From an uncultured Actinomycetota bacterium (GTDB taxonomy: Bacteria; Actinomycetota; Acidimicrobiia; Acidimicrobiales; Palsa-688): a DNA stretch of 64,000 nt. Below the pieces are notes generated by a model. That model was given only the letters and a program-made list of their open reading frames with translations. It had not been told where the DNA came from and searched no databases. The stretch lies in the NCBI GenBank assembly GCA_963792645.1, contig CAWBWS010000001.1, positions 655,973 to 719,972 on the forward strand. Direction: 5' to 3'. The position numbers and the translations under genes are program-made. Positions 50,936-60,220 of the stretch are shown here, piece by piece; the stretch's first letter is position 1; every line of letters begins with the position of its first letter.

Positions 50936-51673
50936 ATGAGTGAGGCGCAACATCTGGTACTCGACGCGGACCGCGCCGGTCCCCGCCGCCGCCGGCCCGG
51001 GCCCACCGCCGATCACCCGGGCGGAATAGGCCTGCGCTCTGGTGTTGTCCGGGATGCGTCGAGGTTGTCGGTCTATCTCTACGCCCGGGACGCTATCCTC
51101 CGCGAGGGCGTGGCCAGACAGTTGCGCCAGGATCCCTCCGTCGACCTGCTCGAGAGTGGCGCTGTGGATCCCTCCGGCGTGGCGGTCATCGTCGCCGATG
51201 ACCTGCACGGTGAGGTCCTGAGCGCCATCGGCGGGATCCGCCGGGCGTGCACCGCGAGGATCGTGGTGCTCGCCACCCGGGTCACACCGCTCACGTCGTC
51301 GGCGGCCATCGACGCCGGGGCGTGGTACATCCTCCGCCGGTCCGAATGCCGGGCCGATCGGCTGGTGGCGGTCATCGGGCGGGCGGCCCAGGCTTCCAGC
51401 CCGCCGCCGGGGCCCACCGAAACGCTGGGGGATCTGGTCGACCGGCTGGACGAGGACGCTCCGATGCGGCCCGTCCGCCCGGTCGGGCTCAGCACACGTG
51501 ATATCGAGGTCCTCCGGCTACTGGCCGACGGGCAGGGCACGGCCGCCATCGCTCGAGGCCTGGCGTACTCGGAGAGCACCATCAAGAACACGGTGCACGC
51601 CATCATCCGGTTGCTGGGGGCCCGCAACCGGGCTCACGCAGTCGCCATGGCCATCCGCTCCGGGCTGATCTAG
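50936..51673 (+). CDS. LuxR/NarL-type HTH regulator with N-terminal receiver-like domain
   Basis: LSTRDIEVLRLLADGQGTAAIARGLAYSESTIKNTVHAIIRLLGARNRAHAVAMAI. ATG 50936 follows AAGGGG. Confidence 0.7.
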   Translation: MSEAQHLVLDADRAGPRRRRPGPTADHPGGIGLRSGVVRDASRLSVYLYARDAILREGVARQLRQDPSVDLLESGAVDPSGVAVIVADDLHGEVLSAIGGIRRACTARIVVLATRVTPLTSSAAIDAGAWYILRRSECRADRLVAVIGRAAQASSPPPGPTETLGDLVDRLDEDAPMRPVRPVGLSTRDIEVLRLLADGQGTAAIARGLAYSESTIKNTVHAIIRLLGARNRAHAVAMAIRSGLI

Positions 51674-51690
51674 ATCCAAACTGCCGGCCC

Positions 51691-53158
51691 TCAGGTGCGG
51701 ATGGCGACGTACTTGACCTCGAGATACTCGTCGATGCCCTCGTGGCCGCCCTCCCGGCCGTAGCCCGAGTGCTTGATGCCGCCGAAGGGGGCGGCGGCGT
51801 TGGAGACCATGCCCTGATTGACGCCGACCATCCCGGTCTGGAGCGCCTCGGCCACGCCGAGGGCCCGGTTCAGGTGCGTGGTGTACATATACGCCACTAG
51901 CCCGTACTCCGTGTCGTTGGCGGCCGCGATCGCCTCGTCGTCGGTCCGGAACGACGTCACCGGAGCCACCGGTCCGAAGATCTCCTCCCGCCACAACCTG
52001 GCATCTGCCGGTACGTCGGTCAGCACGGTGGGCAGGTAGAAGTAGCCGGCACCGTCGCCCGCCGCGGCCGCCGACCAGGCACGTGGCACCCCGGCCGACG
52101 GCGTCGTCGACCAGTTCGGAGACCTTCCTCAACTGGGAGGCATCGACGAGTGGGCCCATCTCCACCCCCGGTTCGGTGCCTCGGCCGACCTTCATGGCTC
52201 CCATCCGGGCGGCCAGCCGCTGGGCGAACTCGGACGCCAACGACTCATGGACCAGGAACCGGTTGGCGGCGGTACAGGCTTCACCGCCGTTGCGCATCTT
52301 GGCGACCACCGCCCCCTGCACCGCGGCGTCGAGGTCAGCGTCACCGAACACCAGGAACGGGGCGTTGCCGCCCAGTTCCATCGACACCCGGAGCAGCTGG
52401 TCCGACGCCTTGGCGGCCAAACTGCGACCCACCGCGGTCGAACCGGTGAACGACAGCTTGCGCAACCGGGCGTCGGACAGAAGCGGCTCGACGGTGTCGC
52501 CGGCGTTCGACGTCGTCACCACATTGAGCACGCCGTCGGGCAGGCCGGCCTCTATCAGCAATTCGGCCAACGCCAGTGACGACAGCGGGGTGAGATTGGC
52601 CGGCTTGAGGACCATGGTGCAGCCAGCCGCCACCGCGGGCGCGATCTTGCGGGTCCCCATCGCCATCGGGAAGTTCCATGGGGTTATCAGCAGGCAGGGG
52701 CCCACCGGCTGGCGGGTCACCATGACCCGCCCGTTTCCCGTCGGGTTGACACTGAAGCGACCGTCGATGCGGACCGCCTCCTCGGAGTACCAGCGGAGGA
52801 AATCGGCGGCATACGTGACCTCGGCCGCGGACTCGGCGATCGGCTTGCCCATCTCCAGCGTCATGACCAGGGCCAGATCGGCGGTCCGGTCGGTCAGCAA
52901 CTGGTAGGCGCGGCGGAGGATCTCTCCCCGTTCCCGGGGTGGGGTGGCGGCCCAGCCGGCCTGGGCGGCCACCGCGGCGCCGAGCGCAGCTCGGGCGTCG
53001 TCGGCGTGGCCGTCCGCCACCTCGACCAACACCTCGCCGGTGGCCGGGTCCTCAACGGGGAAGGTGCGGCCGGTAGCGGCCGGGCGCCACTGCCCACCGA
53101 TCAGCAGTTGGCGCGGGAGGGCGGAGATCTGCTTCTCCTCCGCGGCGCGGTCAGTCAT
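51691..53158 (-). CDS. NAD(P)-dependent aldehyde dehydrogenase (succinate-semialdehyde dehydrogenase-like), one frame break near 52085
   Basis: ITPWNFP..FTGSTAVG..ELGGNAP lies in the frame of ORF 51518..53458. GYFYLPTVL..EEIFGPV..PFGGIKHSGYGREG lies in ORF 51691..52089. Confidence 0.85.
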
Positions 53159-53342
53159 CGTCACCACCCTGTATCGAATGGCGGCGACTAGCCTCGCCGG
53201 TCTGAGCGTCATAGACCGATCGCCGCCTGAGCAGACGGACTTCAACGCTAGCCAAGACGCGCCCGCGCCGCCGGATGGTCCGGGAAGGATCGGCGACAAG
53301 ACGGCCAGGGAGCCGGGTTGGCGTGCCGACCACATCGCCCTG

Positions 53343-54956
53343 GTGGCCGCCGGGTTGGCCGGAGGGCTGGCCCTGTTCACGTGGGGCGTCGGGTGGCACG
53401 GGGCCGACCTGCCGGCCGCCCTGCATCGGATCGACCTGTTCCGGGCGGCCGGATTCACCCCTTGGGATGCCCAGTGGTTCGGTGGCCATTACACGCTCGG
53501 CTACAGCGTGCTGTTCGCGCCGCTGGCATCGGTGCTCGGGATCGGCGCCCTCGCCGCGGCGTGCGCCGGCATCTCGGCATGGGCGTTCGCCCGGCTGATC
53601 CGCGCCCATTTCGGCCGTCCCAACTGGCTGGGCGCCATGTGGTTCGCGGTGGGTATGGCGGCGCCGGTCGCCATCGGCCAGCTGGCATTCCTTCTGGGAG
53701 CCACCATCGCGCTCGTCGCCCTGCTGGCGTTCGCCGGCCGGCGGCGGGTGGTGGCGGGCATCCTGGCCGTGGCCTGCCCACTGGCCAGCCCGGTCGCGGC
53801 GGCCCTGCTGCTCCTGGTCCTGGCGGCCTGGGCCCTCGCCGGCCCGGCTGACGACCTCCGGGGCCGGTCGGACCCGGCTCCCGACCTCCGGGGCCCGCCA
53901 GGCCCGGCTGACGACAGCCATGGAAGCCGGCGGAGCGCGGGCATCGACCGCCGGGCGGTGATCACCCTCGCCGCCCTGACGGCGGCGCCGATCGGCGTGC
54001 TGGAGTTGCTGTTCCCCCAGGGCGGGCGGATGCCCTTCGCCGCCACGACCCTCCTCGGCGTACTGATCGTGAGCGGGCTGGGGCTGTGGCTCCTCCCCCG
54101 GCGCGAACGGGGTCTGCGCATCGGCGCCGCCCTCTATGGCCTGGCCGGTCTGGCCCTGTTCGTCGTGCCCCAGCCCATGGGGGCCAACCTGGGCCGGCTG
54201 GGCACCGCCGTGGGTGGCCCGCTGGCCGCCGCCGTGTTGTGGCCCCGCCGGCGGCTGCTGCTGGCTGCGGTCGCCATTCCCCTCTTGCTGTGGCAATGGA
54301 TCCCGGCCGTCGGTAGCGTCATCAAGGACCATCCCGACCCCTCCAAGAACCAGAGATTCTTCCAGCCGCTGGTCAGCTATCTCCGGACGCAGGGGCCGGA
54401 GCCGGCCCGGGTGGAGATTCCCCCCACCCAGGACCACTGGGAGACCCTGTGGGCGGCCGCCGACGTGCCGCTGGCCCGGGGCTGGGAGCGTCAGGTCGAC
54501 ATCGCCGAGAACGGGCTCTTCTATCCACCCGATGCGCCGACCGCCGCCAGTTATCAGGCGTGGCTGCTCGACCATGGTGTGACGTGGGTGGCGCTGCCCA
54601 CCCTGACCCTCGACTACTCGGGTCAGGCCGAAGCCAAGCTGGTGCGGCAAGGCCTGCCGTACCTCCTGCCGGCATGGCGAGACGCCAACTGGCAGGTCTG
54701 GCGGGTGATGGGATCGCCTGGACTGGTCTCCGGCTCCGGCCACCTGATCTCGTTCGGACCCAACAGCTTCGACCTTCAGGTCGATCAGCCCGGTCACCTG
54801 ACGATCAAGGTCCGGTTCACCAACTTCTGGACGACCACCGTTGGCCACGCGTGTATTGCCCCGGCCCCCAACAACTGGACCGACGTGCTGGCATCTGGTC
54901 CGGGCCGGGTCCAGGTGGTCTCGAAGCTGATCGGACACGCCAACCACGAGTGCTGA
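53343..54956 (+). CDS. Large polytopic membrane protein with C-terminal extracytoplasmic domain (function unknown)
   Basis: The frame of ORF 52944..54956 from about 53340 on contains many TM helices followed by a soluble about 200-aa tail. The start is uncertain; GTG 53343 is proposed. Confidence 0.55.
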   Translation: MAAGLAGGLALFTWGVGWHGADLPAALHRIDLFRAAGFTPWDAQWFGGHYTLGYSVLFAPLASVLGIGALAAACAGISAWAFARLIRAHFGRPNWLGAMWFAVGMAAPVAIGQLAFLLGATIALVALLAFAGRRRVVAGILAVACPLASPVAAALLLLVLAAWALAGPADDLRGRSDPAPDLRGPPGPADDSHGSRRSAGIDRRAVITLAALTAAPIGVLELLFPQGGRMPFAATTLLGVLIVSGLGLWLLPRRERGLRIGAALYGLAGLALFVVPQPMGANLGRLGTAVGGPLAAAVLWPRRRLLLAAVAIPLLLWQWIPAVGSVIKDHPDPSKNQRFFQPLVSYLRTQGPEPARVEIPPTQDHWETLWAAADVPLARGWERQVDIAENGLFYPPDAPTAASYQAWLLDHGVTWVALPTLTLDYSGQAEAKLVRQGLPYLLPAWRDANWQVWRVMGSPGLVSGSGHLISFGPNSFDLQVDQPGHLTIKVRFTNFWTTTVGHACIAPAPNNWTDVLASGPGRVQVVSKLIGHANHEC

Positions 54957-54961
54957 GTCGG

Positions 54962-55035
54962 CTCCGGGGGGAGGATTCGAACCTCCAAGCATCCGGCTCC
55001 AAAGGCCGGCGTTCTGCCAATTGAACTACCCCGGA
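54962..55035 (-). tRNA. tRNA-Gln (anticodon UUG)
   Basis: Acceptor UCCGGGG/CCCCGGA, D-stem GUUC/GAAC, anticodon stem CCGGC/GCCGG with loop CUUUGGA, T-arm GGAGG-UUCGAAU-CCUCC. Confidence 0.8.
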
Positions 55036-55111
55036 CCGGGCGCCATTGATCTTGACCAGCGTCGCACAGTTCGCACCGGTCGGCGGCCGGCCACTAGCGT
55101 CTCCAGCCGCC

Positions 55112-55210
55112 ATGGGTTCGTTGATCAAGAAGCGCCGCAAGCGCATGCGTAAGAAGAAGCACAAGAAGATGTTGAAAGCAACCCGCTGGCAACGTCGCGC
55201 CGGTAAGTAG
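55112..55210 (+). CDS. Actinobacterial small basic ribosomal protein bS22 (AURKAIP1/COX24-like), 32 aa
   Basis: MGSLIKKRRKRMRKKKHKKMLKATRWQRRAGK closely matches the mycobacterial bS22 pattern MGSVIKKRRKRM.KKKH.K. It is below the ORF-track cut-off. Confidence 0.8.
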   Translation: MGSLIKKRRKRMRKKKHKKMLKATRWQRRAGK

Positions 55211-55229
55211 CCGACGGTCGCGGTCTGGT

Positions 55230-55484
55230 CTACCTGCGCCGGCCCTCGATGGCCCGCAGCCCGAGCAGCAGGATGGTGGATCCGAGGGCGGCCAGCAGAA
55301 TCGAGCGGAGTCCGAACTTGGTGATGCCGCTGTACCCGGCGGCCCGGGCCAGCGCCCCACCGATGAGAGCGCCGGTCACGCCAACCGCGATCTTCATCAG
55401 ACATCCTTCCTGGCGTTGGCCCGACACCATTCCCGCGATCCATGCGGCCAGAAGGCCGACGACGATCCAACTCAGGAGGCCCAC
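55230..55484 (-). CDS. GlsB/YeaQ/YmgE family stress-response membrane protein
   Basis: MGLLSWIVVGLLAAWIAGMV..GVTGALIGGALA..ILLAALGSTILLLGLRAI. Confidence 0.85.
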   Translation of the reverse strand: MGLLSWIVVGLLAAWIAGMVSGQRQEGCLMKIAVGVTGALIGGALARAAGYSGITKFGLRSILLAALGSTILLLGLRAIEGRRR

Positions 55485-55547
55485 GGTGGGTGAGCCTAGG
55501 GCCGGCGGGCCGACATCGCCGTTGATGCTTTGCCGCGAGGTCCTGGA

Positions 55548-56348
55548 TCAGATGATCGCTGGGCCGGGCATGGCCTCGTTGGGGGCGACCAGCCTGAAAA
55601 TGGCACCGGTCGGGTCGGCGGCGGTCGCCAGCCGGCCATACGGCGTGTCCTCGGCCGGTGCAACGATCGACCCACCGAGCTCGACGATCCGGGTCAGCGC
55701 GGCGTCGGCATCGTCGACACCGAAGTACACCGACCACTGGGCAGGGACACCTTCAGGCAGATAGCCGGTGCCGTCCATGACGCCGGCCAGTTGGGCGTCG
55801 CCGTGCTGCAGGGTCGTATACCGGAACTCCGGGGTATCGCTGACCGCCTGGACGTCCCAGCGGAACACGTTGCGGTAGAACCCGATCGCGGCGTGGTAAT
55901 CGCGGGTGTGCAACTCGAACCAGCTGGGGGCGTTCGGCTCGGCGAGGACCCCGAAACCGGGGTGCGTGCCCGGCTGCCACACACCGATCGCCGCCCCGCC
56001 GGGATCGCTGACGACGGCCATGGTGCCGAAGTCCCCGACTTCCATGAGAGGGACAACGACCCGGCCGCCATTGTCGACTGCGGCGTCGACGGTTTTGCTG
56101 GCGTCATCAGTGGCCAGATAGACAGACCACACGTCCGGCACCTGGGCGCCGGCCGCCTGGCTGGACATGCAGCCGGCGACGCGGGAACCGTCCTTGGTGA
56201 AGTTGAAGTAGCCGCCGAACTCCTCGTTGGGCTCTTCGGCGCCCCAGCCGAACAGCTGGGTGTAGAACTCCCGGCTGTGTTGCGGGTCGGACGTCATCAG
56301 GTCGATCCAGCAGGGCGATCCGATCGGGGCGGTGTCTCGGGTAGGCAT
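55548..56348 (-). CDS. Two-domain VOC (glyoxalase/bleomycin-resistance) family protein
   Basis: The block is duplicated: WIDLMTSDPQHSREFYTQLFGW and WFELHTRDYHAAIGFYRNVFRW. Confidence 0.85.
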   Translation of the reverse strand: MPTRDTAPIGSPCWIDLMTSDPQHSREFYTQLFGWGAEEPNEEFGGYFNFTKDGSRVAGCMSSQAAGAQVPDVWSVYLATDDASKTVDAAVDNGGRVVVPLMEVGDFGTMAVVSDPGGAAIGVWQPGTHPGFGVLAEPNAPSWFELHTRDYHAAIGFYRNVFRWDVQAVSDTPEFRYTTLQHGDAQLAGVMDGTGYLPEGVPAQWSVYFGVDDADAALTRIVELGGSIVAPAEDTPYGRLATAADPTGAIFRLVAPNEAMPGPAII

Positions 56349-56409
56349 GACGGCTCCTTCAAGGTCTGTCGAACGGTGTCACCCATTCGACGCCGAGGGC
56401 GCCCTCAAC

Positions 56410-56733
56410 TCATCGGCCGTCCGGAGGGGGCGCCAAGGACTCGATCACCATCCAGCCCCGGCGGTGCAGCTCGGCCGCCAGCTGCTCGGCGGGCACGTCC
56501 CGCAACGCCAGCTCGTCAGCCGGTGCGCGGCCGTCGGATCCGGCGTCCTGCAGGCGTTCGATGAACGCCGCCGCCTCGTCCCGGGTGAACCTCCCGGCGC
56601 CCTGCCGCTGGGTGAAGCCCATCGGCCCTCGAGCGTCGCGGAAATCGGTGTGACCGGCTTCCTGGAGCAGGGCGAGCAGTTCCAGCACCTGCTTCGACGA
56701 AGCTGGCGGGCCTGGCTGCTGTCCGAACGGCAC
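56410..56733 (-). CDS. Hypothetical protein (107 aa)
   Basis: Protein-like ORF (VLELLALLQEAGHTDFRDARGPMGFTQRQGAGRFTRDEAAAFIERLQ). No family recognised. Confidence 0.4.
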   Translation of the reverse strand: MPFGQQPGPPASSKQVLELLALLQEAGHTDFRDARGPMGFTQRQGAGRFTRDEAAAFIERLQDAGSDGRAPADELALRDVPAEQLAAELHRRGWMVIESLAPPPDGR

Positions 56734-56781
56734 GGCCCGCAGTCTGGCCGATCAGTCGACCAACCGTCCGAACGCACGATG

Positions 56782-57190
56782 GCGTGGCGCCCACTCGTGG
56801 GTGCGGAACACCCCCACCGGCTTGCCCGACACCAGCAGGGTCTGGTCATCCGCGAGGTCGCGCGGCACCCCGATGATGGAGTCGAAAGGCGGCCCAACTA
56901 CGCACCGCCCGCCCGGTCCCGCCGTAGACCACCAGATCGTCGGGTCGTTCGGCCACCGCCGGCGCCACCTGCTCGATCAGGGCGGCAGCCTCGTCGAGCG
57001 GCAGCTCATTGTCGGCGGCGACGTGAAACGGCTGGCTGGGCCGCGATCCGTCGAGCAACTCAATCCCCTCCCGATGGAGTATCCATGGGGCGCCGGCGTA
57101 CCGCCGACCGCGACCATCACGGCCCATCCAGAGTGCTATCGCCGGACCACGGCGGCGGCCTCCGATTCCACGGCCGAACGGTACCCGGAC
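56782..57190 (-). pseudogene. hutU: N-terminal remnant of urocanate hydratase (about the first 100 residues, with a frame break near 56880)
   Basis: [24 protein letters not shown] | [34 protein letters not shown] matches the HutU N-terminus ([18 protein letters not shown]....L..L..DETLLVQSG.PVGV..THEWAPRVLIANSNLV). Similarity stops right after APR. Confidence 0.55.
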
Positions 57191-57211
57191 GCGTGACAGG
57201 ATCTCGTTACT

Positions 57212-57955
57212 GTGGCCGGCCTGCGACCCCTCGACCGCTACACGTTCGACGTGCGCGGGTACATCCTCTTCGAACAGGTACTGGACCGGCGCACCATCTC
57301 GAAGCTGCGCTCGGCCATCGACGAGCAACGTCTGCCACCGGCCGACGAGACGATCGAGCGGCAGCGATTCGGTAGTGGCGGAAGTCTCTTCACCTGGCAC
57401 CGAACCTTCTGCGACCTGATCGATCATCCGCTGGTACTGGCCGTGCTGTCGGAGCTGATCGGGCCCTTCGTCCGTCTCGATCACGCGTACGGGATCACGA
57501 TGCGGCCGGGCACTGCGGGCCTCGGTCTGCACGGGCCGGCCGAGCCGTTCGACTCATCGCAGTACTACGTGCACCGGATGGGCGTCATGCGCAGCGGGTT
57601 GCTGAGCCTTTCCTGGTCGTTGACCGACTCCGTCCCGGGCCAGGGTGGTTTCGGCTGCATCCCGGGCAGTCACAAGGCGGCGGTCCCGGTGCCGGCGGGC
57701 GCCGAGTCGCTGGTCGTGGAAGTGCACCAGCCGGCGGGATCCCTGCTGGTGTTCACCGAGGCCCTGATGCACCAGACGGTGCCGTGGCGGGGTTCCGACA
57801 CACGATGGGCGGTGCTGTACAAGTACTCGCCCGGCAGCACGGCGTGGGGTGACACGCCGGCCGCGCCTCCCGAGGTGGTGGCCACCATGTCGGACCGCCA
57901 GCAGCGCTTCTTCCAGCCGCCCTCGGTGGGCGGCCGGGTACCGGCCATTCCCTAG
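57212..57955 (+). CDS. Phytanoyl-CoA dioxygenase (PhyH) family Fe(II)/2-oxoglutarate oxygenase
   Basis: FDVRGYILFEQVL..LHGP..GGFGCIPGSHK..GSLLVFTEALMHQT. GTG 57212. Confidence 0.8.
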   Translation: MAGLRPLDRYTFDVRGYILFEQVLDRRTISKLRSAIDEQRLPPADETIERQRFGSGGSLFTWHRTFCDLIDHPLVLAVLSELIGPFVRLDHAYGITMRPGTAGLGLHGPAEPFDSSQYYVHRMGVMRSGLLSLSWSLTDSVPGQGGFGCIPGSHKAAVPVPAGAESLVVEVHQPAGSLLVFTEALMHQTVPWRGSDTRWAVLYKYSPGSTAWGDTPAAPPEVVATMSDRQQRFFQPPSVGGRVPAIP

Positions 57956-58022
57956 GGCCCGAAATCTCTCGGCAACTACATAAATATCGAACGCTTTACG
58001 GCGCCGGCGCCTCGGGTTCGAG

Positions 58023-58560
58023 CTATCCAAGCCGGCCTGGCTGGCCCGTCACGAGGGAGACGACCTCCGGTACGAGGGCTTCGAGCTCGGCGAGCTGAAC
58101 GTCCGGAGCCACGGCCCAATCGCCATCGCCACCGCCCGCCAGCCGACCGTCGGGACCTTCCAGCGGCATGGAGGCTGGCCGGCATCCACATGAGTTTCAT
58201 CGCCGGTACGGCCGGCACTGCGCCGGTCCCGGGGACCGCCGAACCGACAGTCGTGACGGTGCGATGATGGCCCCGCGATGAGCGAGATCTGTGTTCACGG
58301 CTATCACGCCCCGAGAGAACGAGCGTCTGCAGGATCAGGCCGCCATGCCATATTAGGGCGAATCCTTCGATCAGGTCTTCGTCTGTTTCGTGCTCGAGCA
58401 CCCGTCGGTCCCGCGGCCGCGGCCGCCATCAGCGCCATGATCGAGGGCGTCCGGGAAACCGCCATCGCCGCGGCCTCGTCGCCGCCGACGCCTTCGACGC
58501 TGGCGTGCGGGATCCCCACCGGACGACCGCCGGCGATGGTGTCTTCTGCTACAACGTTCT
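58023..58560 (-). pseudogene. Probable decayed or multiply frameshifted gene of unknown family
   Basis: Protein-like stretches lie in three minus-strand frames: AEDTIAGGRPVGIPHASVEGVGGDEAAAMA, LEHETDEDLIEGFALIWHGGLILQTLVL, and DWAVAPDVQLAELEALVPEVVSLVTGQPGRLG with a stop. No single ORF spans them. Confidence 0.3.
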
Positions 58561-59319
58561 TCAAGGCGGTGGCCCGACGAGCGCCGGCCTGACCACGACC
58601 CGCCGGTCGCCCGGATAGGCACCCTCGACCCACCAGGTCGACCCGCTCCCGGCGAGCACCGGGACCTGGCCGGTGGCATCCCCCAGCCGGTCGCGCCAGG
58701 CGGCCAGCCGGGGCTCCACCACGAGCGCGGCCGGCTCGAGATCGTTGACCCCATCCCCGCGGGGACCGCCGAGGGCGTCCCACTGCTCGTACACCGCACG
58801 GGTGGCCACCCCGAACGGAGGGGTGAGGAGCGTGAACGACCGGAACTCGACGTCGGCGAACGGCAGCGGTTCCACCATCTCACCCACGCCCGTGACCCGG
58901 CCCCGGCCGCCCATCAGACAGAACGCCACGTCGGCACCCAGCCCGGCCGCGATGCCCACATCAGCGCAGCCGGCCCAGCGCAGAACGGCCGCCGCGTCGG
59001 CCGACCCGCCGCCCAGGCCGCCGCCGGCGGGAATACGTTTGATCAGGGCCACCCGGGCCCGCCGCCCGACCGCGGCCAGGGCCCGGTTGACCAGGTTGTC
59101 CGGGCCGCTCGGCAGGGTCTGGCCCTCACCGATACCCCTGATGCCACCGATGGACAGCCCGTCACCGGGTGCGAACACCAGCGTGTCGGCCAGATCGATG
59201 GTGATCATCTCGGCGTCCAGCAGGTGATAACCGTCGGCCCGCACACCGACGACCCGCAACGACAGGGTGAGCTTGGCCGGCGCCTCTAAGCGGGCCCTGG
59301 CGGTCACGTCGTCCGGCAT
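58561..59319 (-). CDS. ispE: 4-(cytidine 5'-diphospho)-2-C-methyl-D-erythritol kinase
   Basis: APAKLTLSLRV..RADGYH..IPAGGGLGGGSADAAAVL..GSGSTWW. Confidence 0.85.
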   Translation of the reverse strand: MPDDVTARARLEAPAKLTLSLRVVGVRADGYHLLDAEMITIDLADTLVFAPGDGLSIGGIRGIGEGQTLPSGPDNLVNRALAAVGRRARVALIKRIPAGGGLGGGSADAAAVLRWAGCADVGIAAGLGADVAFCLMGGRGRVTGVGEMVEPLPFADVEFRSFTLLTPPFGVATRAVYEQWDALGGPRGDGVNDLEPAALVVEPRLAAWRDRLGDATGQVPVLAGSGSTWWVEGAYPGDRRVVVRPALVGPPP

Positions 59320-60131
59320 GCCGCCAGCCTGCCCCATGCCACCACGTCAAGCTCCTCGGCCCGGGCCGTGGGCGCCACCGCCGCGCAGACGAACACCGAC
59401 GGGTCCACCAACCCGGCGAGTGACCGCCGCAGCATCTTGCGGCGCTGGCCGAACCCGGCCGCCACCAGCTCGAACAGCGCGGGAGCCGCCACCACGGCCG
59501 GATCGACCGCCGGGGCACCGCGGCGCACGATCTGCACCAGCGCCGATTCCACGTTCGGCTCAGGCACGAACACGCTGGGCGACACTTTGCCGACCAACCG
59601 GGCGGTGGCCCAGTACGCCACTTTCACCGACACCGCCCCGTACGCCTTCGACCCGGGGTGGGCTGCCAGTCGCTCCCCCACCTCACGCTGCACCATCACC
59701 AGCATGCGGCCCATCTGGGGGACGGTGTCGAGCAGGTCGGCGATCAGAGGGGTGGCGATGTTGTAGGGCAGGTTGGCGACCAACACCCATGGCTCCGGCC
59801 GGTCACCGGCCAGAGCGGCCCAGTCGAGCCGCATGGCGTCGCCTTCGATCACCTCGACACCGGCCGACTCGACCTCGGCGCGCAGCAACGGCACCAGATG
59901 CCGATCCAGCTCGACGGCCGTGACCGAGGCGCCCGTCTCGGCCAGGGCCAGGGTCAGCGAGCCCAACCCGGCGCCGATCTCGACTACCCGGTCGCCCGGG
60001 CCCACGGCCGCCAGCCGGGCGACGCGCCGGACCGTGTTCGGGTCGGCGACAAAGTTCTGACCCAGGGCGCGGCTGGGCTTGATGCCGTGCTCAGCCAGAC
60101 GATCAAGGATCTGGCGGCGGGTCAGGGTCAT
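59304..60131 (-). CDS. rsmA: 16S rRNA (adenine1518/1519-N6)-dimethyltransferase
   Basis: LGQNFVADPN..VVEIGAGLGSLT..VANLPYNIATP. ATG 60131. Confidence 0.9.
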   Translation of the reverse strand: MTLTRRQILDRLAEHGIKPSRALGQNFVADPNTVRRVARLAAVGPGDRVVEIGAGLGSLTLALAETGASVTAVELDRHLVPLLRAEVESAGVEVIEGDAMRLDWAALAGDRPEPWVLVANLPYNIATPLIADLLDTVPQMGRMLVMVQREVGERLAAHPGSKAYGAVSVKVAYWATARLVGKVSPSVFVPEPNVESALVQIVRRGAPAVDPAVVAAPALFELVAAGFGQRRKMLRRSLAGLVDPSVFVCAAVAPTARAEELDVVAWGRLAACRTT

Positions 60132-60143
60132 GCCGGGAGGCGA

Positions 60144-60203
60144 GCATGCCATCTCGACGGCCCGCGCACGCCATCTCGGCGCCCCGCGCACGCCATCTCG
60201 GCG
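60144..60203. repeat. Short tandem repeat (about 2.7 copies of a 21-22 nt unit CCCGCGCACGCCATCTCGGCG) upstream of rsmA
   Basis: Units lie at 60161-60181 and 60182-60203 and are identical except for one extra C. A diverged partial copy lies at 60144-60160. Confidence 0.6.
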
Positions 60204-60220
60204 CGGTCGGCGCCCCGGAG

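Noticed and set aside
53151-54992. 613-aa ORF on the - strand
   Set aside because: It is antisense to the polytopic membrane protein gene, is Arg/Gly/Pro-rich, and even runs across the tRNA-Gln gene.
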